Assembly (NCBI GenBank): GCA_963702095.1
Contig: OY969706.1
Location: 2,528,001-2,592,000 of the forward strand
Source: Candidatus Bathyarchaeota archaeon
Lineage (GTDB): Archaea; Thermoproteota; Bathyarchaeia; Bathyarchaeales; Bathycorpusculaceae
DNA: 64,000 nt
Direction of reading: 5' to 3'
The notes beneath the pieces were generated by a model. That model did no database searches and was not told the DNA's origin. It was given only the letters and a program-made list of their open reading frames with translations. The translations under genes were made by a program, and so were the position numbers. This document shows positions 57,577 to 64,000 of this stretch, piece by piece. Position 1 is the stretch's first letter. Each line of letters begins with the position of its first letter.

Positions 57577-60129
57577 TTAGAGGGTGGCGGCTGCTTTTTT
57601 GGTTTGTTTTCTAAGACGATAGCCGAGTAGGGCAATCACCAAAACAGTCACCAGAATCGCGACTACAATTGCAATCGATTCCATACTGATGGGCACCGCA
57701 GGATTAGACGGATTTGTCGAAGTCGAATCAGGCGCTGAGTCGGTAATTTCGTTGGCGAAGCAGTAGAGGTTCCAGTCGTTGCAGCCCACATATAGCCGAT
57801 TATTAGCTATGGCTGGTGCAGACCAGCTGCTAGAGGGCGTGGTGGCTTGAGCGATGACTTTTCCCTGTTGGGCAGTGTCTAAGATGAATATGTGGCGTTG
57901 GCTGGTAACCATGTAGACTTTGCCGTTGGCGTAGGCTGGAGCAACGGTGAGTTCGTCGCCTGTGAAGTAGCTCCATTTGGTTTGACCGTTGCTGGCGTCG
58001 AGGCAGGCAAGGTTGAATTTGTCGATGACATAGAGGTTGCCATCTACGGGGATGGGGCTTGAAACGATGAATTCGCCTGCGCTGGGATCAGTGAAGTTCC
58101 ACACAAAGTTGCCTGTGGCTTCATCTATGCCATAATATGAGCGCATGTTAGAGGAGACATACACCATGCCGTTGGCTACGGAGGGGGTGCCGAGCATTTC
58201 GGTGCCGCCTTGGAACTGGTAAACGTAGGGAATCTCCTGTTTCCATGCGACAGCCCCATTGGAGGTGTCCAGCTTGTAGAGTCCTGCTGAATCAGGTTCC
58301 TGGGAATAGAAGAATACGCTGTTGTCAGCCACCGCCGGAGAAGACGTTATGGGACCATCTGTTTTGGCTTTCCAAACCATATTGCCGCTGGAAGCGTCTA
58401 GGCAGTAGAGGTTTCCGTCTATGGAGCCAACGTAGACTCTGCCGTTTACGACGGTAGGGGAAGACTTCATCACGATGGTGTTGAAGGTGAATGGCAGGTT
58501 GCCGTTGACAAACGTTTTCCAAAGAAGCTTACCCGTTGACGTATCGAGACAGTAAACGTATCCGTCGTCGCCACCAGTGTAGAGTTTGCCGCCAACCACT
58601 GCAGGGGTGGATTCCACTGCGCCACCTGTGGTGTATTTCCAGATTAAAGCGCCGCTCCATGCTCCGACGGCGTAAACGTTTTTGTCTTGGGAGCCAAAGT
58701 AGACGACGCCGTTAACCACTGACGGGGCAGATATGACGGAGCCGTTAGTTGTAAATTTCCAGGCCATGGTCAGGTTGTAGGGACCTTCAGGGGCGGCTGA
58801 GGAGTGCTCTGGGTCTGCTCGCCACATTGGCCAGTTACTGGCTGGAGTGGAGTCTGAACCTATGCACCATAACTCGTTTAGACGTGAATACTCGTTGCCT
58901 GTGGAAGCGTCAACTGAGGTGGTGACGTTGCCGGGGATCATGTAGAGTTTGCCGTAGGCGATGGCGATTGATTCTCTGGGTGCGAGGGCTTCCACCGGTA
59001 GGGTCCAGATGGGTTCGCCTGTGAATGCGTCGATGCAGGCAAATTGGGAGGTGCCGACTTGGCCAAAGTACTGGGCAACTTCGCCGGTGGTAACGTAGAC
59101 TTTGCCGTCTGCAACAGCGGGCATACCAGGCCACAGTAGCGACTCGTCGGGGCCTTTGTAGCGCCAAACTAAGCTGCCGGTTTGGCCGTCGAGGGCATAG
59201 AGGTAGCCGTCTTTGTTCATTTCGTAAACTATGCCGTAAGCCACAGCTGGGCCCGTGGTGAAGTATCCGTCGGTGTCGTTTTCGGGGGTGTAGGTCCAGA
59301 TTATGGCGCCGTTGCTGGCGTTGAAACAGTACATTGTGTTGTCGTCGGTTCCGCCTCTGTAGAATTTGCCGTCTGAGTAGGCGCCGTTGAAAATCATCGG
59401 TCCCTTAGTCAGCGTAGTCCACACGATCTCACCTGTTTTAGCGTTGACTCCGAACTGCTGGTTCTCAAATGACCCAGTGAAGACTAAGCCGCCGCCGTAG
59501 GTGGCGCCTACGCCTGTTTTGCCGCCGCCAGGAATATAGGTGTTCCAAGCCAGGGTGGGCGGTTGATCGGGGTTAGAGAAGTCCCACGCTTGGAGGAATG
59601 TATCAGATTTTACATAGAACATTCTTTCTTCTGGACTGTAAACGTTTGCCGTAAAGATTCCTGTGTCAGGGGTAAAGTTGGGGCTGGTCCAGATGATCTG
59701 CCCAGTTTTAGGGTTAAGGCAGGTACCTTCCACGACCATGTGGGTGTCGTCGATTTTGAAGGCGATGGGCCAGGTTCCATTCATCTCAATCGGTGTTTGC
59801 CAAGCAATACTGCCAGATTGGTCTACTGCAACCACAGAGGTGCTTGAGCAAACATAGATCATGCCGTCGAACGCTGAGAGGTAGGGTTGTATGCCTGGGA
59901 CGTTGGCTTTCCAAAGGATTTGGGAACTTGAGGGGGCGGGTCCCGCTGAGAAACGGGTGAAGGAGGAGTCGCCTTGGAACTGTGACCATTCATACTGCGA
60001 GAGATCGACGTTCGCAGCGCTCGTTGGAGTGCTGGATTGGGCATGTATGATTGAGAGGGAGGCAAGCATTGAGCATGCTAAAATCAGGGTCAAGGCAACT
60101 GTTATTTTGATGTTTTTTAGTTTGGTCAT
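57577..60129 (-). CDS. two-domain PQQ-like beta-propeller surface protein
   Basis: Signal peptide, W..F.G and WPMWR propeller starts, SSP.V repeats, C-terminal TM plus basic tail. Confidence 0.88.
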   Translation of the reverse strand: MTKLKNIKITVALTLILACSMLASLSIIHAQSSTPTSAANVDLSQYEWSQFQGDSSFTRFSAGPAPSSSQILWKANVPGIQPYLSAFDGMIYVCSSTSVVAVDQSGSIAWQTPIEMNGTWPIAFKIDDTHMVVEGTCLNPKTGQIIWTSPNFTPDTGIFTANVYSPEERMFYVKSDTFLQAWDFSNPDQPPTLAWNTYIPGGGKTGVGATYGGGLVFTGSFENQQFGVNAKTGEIVWTTLTKGPMIFNGAYSDGKFYRGGTDDNTMYCFNASNGAIIWTYTPENDTDGYFTTGPAVAYGIVYEMNKDGYLYALDGQTGSLVWRYKGPDESLLWPGMPAVADGKVYVTTGEVAQYFGQVGTSQFACIDAFTGEPIWTLPVEALAPRESIAIAYGKLYMIPGNVTTSVDASTGNEYSRLNELWCIGSDSTPASNWPMWRADPEHSSAAPEGPYNLTMAWKFTTNGSVISAPSVVNGVVYFGSQDKNVYAVGAWSGALIWKYTTGGAVESTPAVVGGKLYTGGDDGYVYCLDTSTGKLLWKTFVNGNLPFTFNTIVMKSSPTVVNGRVYVGSIDGNLYCLDASSGNMVWKAKTDGPITSSPAVADNSVFFYSQEPDSAGLYKLDTSNGAVAWKQEIPYVYQFQGGTEMLGTPSVANGMVYVSSNMRSYYGIDEATGNFVWNFTDPSAGEFIVSSPIPVDGNLYVIDKFNLACLDASNGQTKWSYFTGDELTVAPAYANGKVYMVTSQRHIFILDTAQQGKVIAQATTPSSSWSAPAIANNRLYVGCNDWNLYCFANEITDSAPDSTSTNPSNPAVPISMESIAIVVAILVTVLVIALLGYRLRKQTKKAAATL

Positions 60130-60358
60130 AGCTCATCGCTTAGAGTTGTTTAGGGATCTGTTGGAGAACTTTTTGGGTCTCTTGACGGAAGGATGAATAA
60201 TTACTTCCCCGCTGCCACTATAAAGTTTACGGAAAACAAGGTTTGTCAAAAAAACAGATGCTGGTAGAAACCCCAAAGATGGTTAAAACTAGAAAAGTGC
60301 AGAAGACTTTTTAAGCTATAGAGAATCTAAAAAATGGTAAATTGAGGGGAATTTTACC

Positions 60359-61450
60359 TTGACACAGAATGGTCCATTACTCATGACTTCTTGGAGAGCA
60401 ACAGGCGCCTGCAACGCCCGATGCCTATACTGCAACGTTGACGCCACGGGCAAGCATGCTCCAAGAGAAATGACAACTCAGGAAGCCTTCCACCTCGTCG
60501 ATGAGGTGCAAAAGTTTGGGGTAAGATGGTTCGGTTTGAAAGGCGGCGAACCCCTAACACGCCCAGACATATTTGAAATTGCCACTTACGCTAAAAGTAA
60601 AGGCTTAAACGTGTGCCTCTTAACCAACGGTGTCTTCGTGGACGGTTCAATCTATGACAACTTGGTTAAAAACCAGATTTGGTCGTCAGTAAGCATCGAC
60701 GGTCCAGAAGAAATCAACGATCAACTCAGAGGGAAAGGCAGCTACAAGAAAGCAGTCGCAGCCATTGAAAAACTTGCCAACGGCAAAATCCTAAACGGCT
60801 TAGCCTGCGCAATAACAACAATCAACCTTAAACACCTCGATCACGTCGCTGAACTCGCAGACAAGTATCATGCAAACTTTGTCTGGTATAATGCCCTTGT
60901 TCCCAGCGGCAGAGCAAAAACAACCATGGAATTAGAACCCACCCCAGAACAATACGAATGGGTACTCAACCACATCTGGGACATTACAGAAAAATACAAG
61001 GGCAAATTCGAAGTCCATGTACATTGCCCATTCTTTGCGCGTGTGGTAAAGCAGCGTCTTCCAGAAAAAGAATTCAACGAATGGTATGAAAAAGAATTCC
61101 ACGGCAAATGCACCTACTTCGCCTTCGGCGGCTACCTCTCAGTAACCGAAAACGGAGACTTGATTCCCTGCTTCTACACTGACTTGCAGCCCAACGAACC
61201 CATGATGCTGGGTAACATCCGCAGTAAATCCTTAAACACAGCATGGGAAGAAGTCAAAGCCTCAAAATACTACAACAGGTTCCAAGACCGCAAAATTCTC
61301 AAGGGCAAATGCGGAGTCTGCGAATACCTTGATGTCTGTGGCGGATGCCGAAACCGAGCCTACGCATACACTGGCGACATAACGGAGTCTGACCCAGCCT
61401 GCGGCTATATTCCTAAGGCATGGGCTGAAATGCAGAAGAAAAAGAAGTAA
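60359..61450 (+). CDS. radical SAM/SPASM domain protein
   Basis: CNARCLYC, GGEP, SIDG; SPASM C..(G).PC...KGKCGVCEYLDVCGGCR.RA...DPAC. Confidence 0.9.
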   Translation: MTQNGPLLMTSWRATGACNARCLYCNVDATGKHAPREMTTQEAFHLVDEVQKFGVRWFGLKGGEPLTRPDIFEIATYAKSKGLNVCLLTNGVFVDGSIYDNLVKNQIWSSVSIDGPEEINDQLRGKGSYKKAVAAIEKLANGKILNGLACAITTINLKHLDHVAELADKYHANFVWYNALVPSGRAKTTMELEPTPEQYEWVLNHIWDITEKYKGKFEVHVHCPFFARVVKQRLPEKEFNEWYEKEFHGKCTYFAFGGYLSVTENGDLIPCFYTDLQPNEPMMLGNIRSKSLNTAWEEVKASKYYNRFQDRKILKGKCGVCEYLDVCGGCRNRAYAYTGDITESDPACGYIPKAWAEMQKKKK

Positions 61451-61537
61451 ATTCTGCAAATTCTTCTCTTATTTTGGTTTTCAGTTTTTAGCATAACTAA
61501 CATAAGCGAATTAGTTGACTCGTTATCATGAGCAGAA

Positions 61538-63763
61538 ATGCATAGAACTGCAATTGTGTGCCTTGTTCTGTCGGCGATGCTTCTTTTTCCAAGCTTCGTC
61601 TTTGCAGTAGAACAGAGCATCAGCGACACGTGGCCGATGTTTCAGCATGACCTTGCCCACACCGGTTCCTCAACATCTCAGGCGCCACAAACCAACCAAA
61701 CCCTCTGGAAATTCAACACAGGCGGACAAGTGGGTTCCCCAACCACAGCAGAAGGCGTCGTCTACGTGGGCTCCTACGACCACAAACTCTACGCCTTCAA
61801 CGCCTCCACAGGTGAAACCCTATGGTCTGGTCTCACAAACGGCATAATAATCTCCAAACCTGCAGTGTCCAACGGCATCGTTTGTGTTGGCTCCGAAGAC
61901 CACAACTTCTATGCATTCAACGCCTCAAACGGCAAACGACTCTGGAGTTACAAGACAGGCTACTACGTTGACTCCGACCCCACAATCGCCAGCGGCACCG
62001 TTTATGTGGCATCAGAAGACCATAACATCTACGCCTTCAACCTCCAATCGGGGGCGCTGCTATGGAGTTACCCAACAGGCGACAAAATCATGCTTTCCTC
62101 CACCGTCGTGAGCGGCGGCTTGGTCTACGTTGGTTCACTGGATAGAAACCTCTATGCCCTCAACGCAGCGGACGGTAGGTTGGTGTGGAACTACACCGCT
62201 GGCAACGGAATCGCCTCAACCCCCACCGTTGAAGGTGGTATAGTCTATTTTGGCTCGCTTGACGGCAAACTCTACGCATTAGACGCCTTGGATGGTAGCT
62301 TGAGGTGGACTTACACAACAGGCGGCGCCATCTACTCCTCACCCGCAGTATCGGGGGGCTTGGTTTATTTTGGGTCGTTTGACGGCAAAGTCTACGCTTT
62401 AGACGCAGCCGATGGCAGGGAAGTATGGAATTTCAGCACTGGCGGAGGCGTCGCGTCTTCCCCGACAGTTACGGGCAACCGCGTATATGTGGGTTCCAGC
62501 GACCACAAAATCTATGTCCTAAATGCCCAAACTGGTGGTGCCCTATGGAGTTACAGTACAGGCGACCAAGTCATCTCCCAACCCGACGTTGCAGGCGGCA
62601 CGGTTTATGTGGGTTCGTGGGATGGCAAACTCTATGCCCTAAACACGGAAAATGGCACATTGGTGTGGAATTATACGACAGGCGGCAAAATCGACGCTTC
62701 CCCAACCGTCGCTGACGGATTGGTCTATTTGGGTTCCCACGACGGCAAAATCTACGCGCTCAACGCTTCGACGGGGATGGTGGGGTACGATTGGGAACTC
62801 CACAACAACGTTGTGTGGAGTTACGACACGGGCGATATGGTTATGTTTTCGTCGCCTGCAATCGCCGATGGCGTCCTCTATGTGGGCAGTTACAACGGCA
62901 AAGTCTACGCACTCGACGCTCCGGACGGCGGTTACTTGTGGAGTTACCAAACCGGTTACGCGGTGGTTTCGTCTCCAGCAGTCAGCGATGGGGTGGTGTA
63001 TGTGGGTTCAGAGGACCACTGTGTTTATGCACTCAACACTTCGAATGGCGCTTTGATTTGGAAGTTTGAGACCGGCGATATGGTGATGGTGTCTTCGCCC
63101 GCAGTCGCCGACGGCAAAGTCTACATTGGCTCAAACGACGGCAACCTCTACTGTCTCGAGGCATCCACTGGGGGGTCCATCTGGAATTACACCGCAGGCG
63201 GCTACGTTGTCTCGTCTCCAGCAGTCGCAAACGGTGTAGTCTACGTGGGTTCATACGACAACAACGTCTATGCGCTAAACGCCCAGACGGGACAGCTTGT
63301 CTGGAAAATCAGCACAGGGGGCAGTGTAGCCTCGTCCCCCGCCATAGCCATCGGCGTGGTCTATGTGGGTTCAGGCGACGGCAAAGTTTACGCCCTCAAC
63401 GCCGCCAACGGCAAAGTGCTCTGGACTTATCAAACGGGCGGAGAGGTGGATTCTTCGCCTGCAGTAGCGGATGGAGTGGTCTATGTGGGTTCATACGACG
63501 ACAACGTTTACGCCCTGTCTGCGGTGGATGGCTCTCGATTGTGGAGTTATGCAACGGGTGGAGAGGTTGTTTCTTCACCATCAGTGGCAGATGGAGCGGC
63601 TTACGTGGGTTCCTATGACCACCTGCTCTACGCTTTCGGCGCCACAACAGGAAATGCTCCTTCGATCTCCGGGGGCACTCTTGTTTCTTTGGCGTTGGTA
63701 GCAGCCATCTTTTTAGCTGTCTTGATAGCGGCGTTTGCCTATAGCAAGAGACACAGGGAATAG
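61538..63763 (+). CDS. PQQ-like beta-propeller surface protein with 16 tandem ~40-aa repeats
   Basis: Signal peptide, WPMFQHD, 16x W.Y.TG..V.SSP.V..G.VYVGS.D...YAL, C-terminal TM. Confidence 0.9.
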   Translation: MHRTAIVCLVLSAMLLFPSFVFAVEQSISDTWPMFQHDLAHTGSSTSQAPQTNQTLWKFNTGGQVGSPTTAEGVVYVGSYDHKLYAFNASTGETLWSGLTNGIIISKPAVSNGIVCVGSEDHNFYAFNASNGKRLWSYKTGYYVDSDPTIASGTVYVASEDHNIYAFNLQSGALLWSYPTGDKIMLSSTVVSGGLVYVGSLDRNLYALNAADGRLVWNYTAGNGIASTPTVEGGIVYFGSLDGKLYALDALDGSLRWTYTTGGAIYSSPAVSGGLVYFGSFDGKVYALDAADGREVWNFSTGGGVASSPTVTGNRVYVGSSDHKIYVLNAQTGGALWSYSTGDQVISQPDVAGGTVYVGSWDGKLYALNTENGTLVWNYTTGGKIDASPTVADGLVYLGSHDGKIYALNASTGMVGYDWELHNNVVWSYDTGDMVMFSSPAIADGVLYVGSYNGKVYALDAPDGGYLWSYQTGYAVVSSPAVSDGVVYVGSEDHCVYALNTSNGALIWKFETGDMVMVSSPAVADGKVYIGSNDGNLYCLEASTGGSIWNYTAGGYVVSSPAVANGVVYVGSYDNNVYALNAQTGQLVWKISTGGSVASSPAIAIGVVYVGSGDGKVYALNAANGKVLWTYQTGGEVDSSPAVADGVVYVGSYDDNVYALSAVDGSRLWSYATGGEVVSSPSVADGAAYVGSYDHLLYAFGATTGNAPSISGGTLVSLALVAAIFLAVLIAAFAYSKRHRE

Positions 63764-63801
63764 CCGCCTCCACTTTTCCAGGCAGATCAAAAAGTTGTCT
63801 G

Positions 63802-63934
63802 TTCTGCTTGTGGAAAGCTTTACAACCAGCCTGCAGCCACAAAAACTAGCCAACACCAAAACACAGCCGTCCAGACAGCCCGCTGGTTGTTGTTGTGTAT
63901 AGGGGGTTCTCTGCAACAACAACTAAACAAAAAA
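63802..63934 (-). repeat. dispersed ~130-bp intergenic repeat, subfamily A copy
   Basis: Reverse complement tagttgttgttg-N18-caacaacaacca-N48-tgcaggctggttgta...caagcagaa. Confidence 0.9.
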
Positions 63935-64000
63935 CAGATGATTTGATATACTGTTTAGAGATGAAACGATTCAAACTGCATTCTCCAAGAATTTAAAGAG

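Noticed and set aside
57577-63763. PQQ biosynthesis/quinoprotein system (PqqE plus dehydrogenases)
   Set aside because: No pqqA/B/C/D; the propellers are BamB-like repeat proteins with no evident quinoprotein dehydrogenase catalytic features.
5511-63934. Dispersed repeat as CRISPR repeats, integron attC sites or IS ends
   Set aside because: Copies are isolated and in both orientations, with no repeat-spacer array, cas, integrase or transposase, no cassette array, and no clear TIR or target duplication.

Overview
Archaeal chromosomal window of roughly 50% GC, most likely class Bathyarchaeia. This is inferred from gene content: prefoldin-beta/DUF3194/DHH/ECF block, archaeal cobT/cobY, fwdDB, tes, and expanded NosD-like beta-helix and PQQ-like propeller surface proteins with PEF-type tails. 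The first ~15 kb is housekeeping (sua5, endonuclease IV, ECF transporter, pfdB) plus a canonical cobamide nucleotide-loop operon (Dph6-like ATPase-cobT-cobS-cobY). About 16-54.5 kb looks like a membrane-lipid/glycoconjugate tailoring island. It holds an epimerase-DGGGP synthase-like-tetraether synthase (Tes) operon, a Gms-like rSAM/SPASM enzyme, five cobalamin-dependent radical SAM paralogues and five glycosyltransferases. It also holds a second, motif-divergent set of cobamide-type enzymes (cobS/cobY pair, CobZ/PgpA, Dph6-like), cobD, cbiB, an orphan fwdDB and a HepT/MntA toxin-antitoxin pair. Nine radical SAM genes lie within ~39 kb. Separately, six intergenic copies (two subfamilies) of an unannotated ~130-bp repeat are dispersed through the window; their motif spacing is fixed while the spacer sequence varies. 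Six genes are split by single-base indels, probably assembly errors. No rRNA, tRNA, CRISPR array or transposase was seen.
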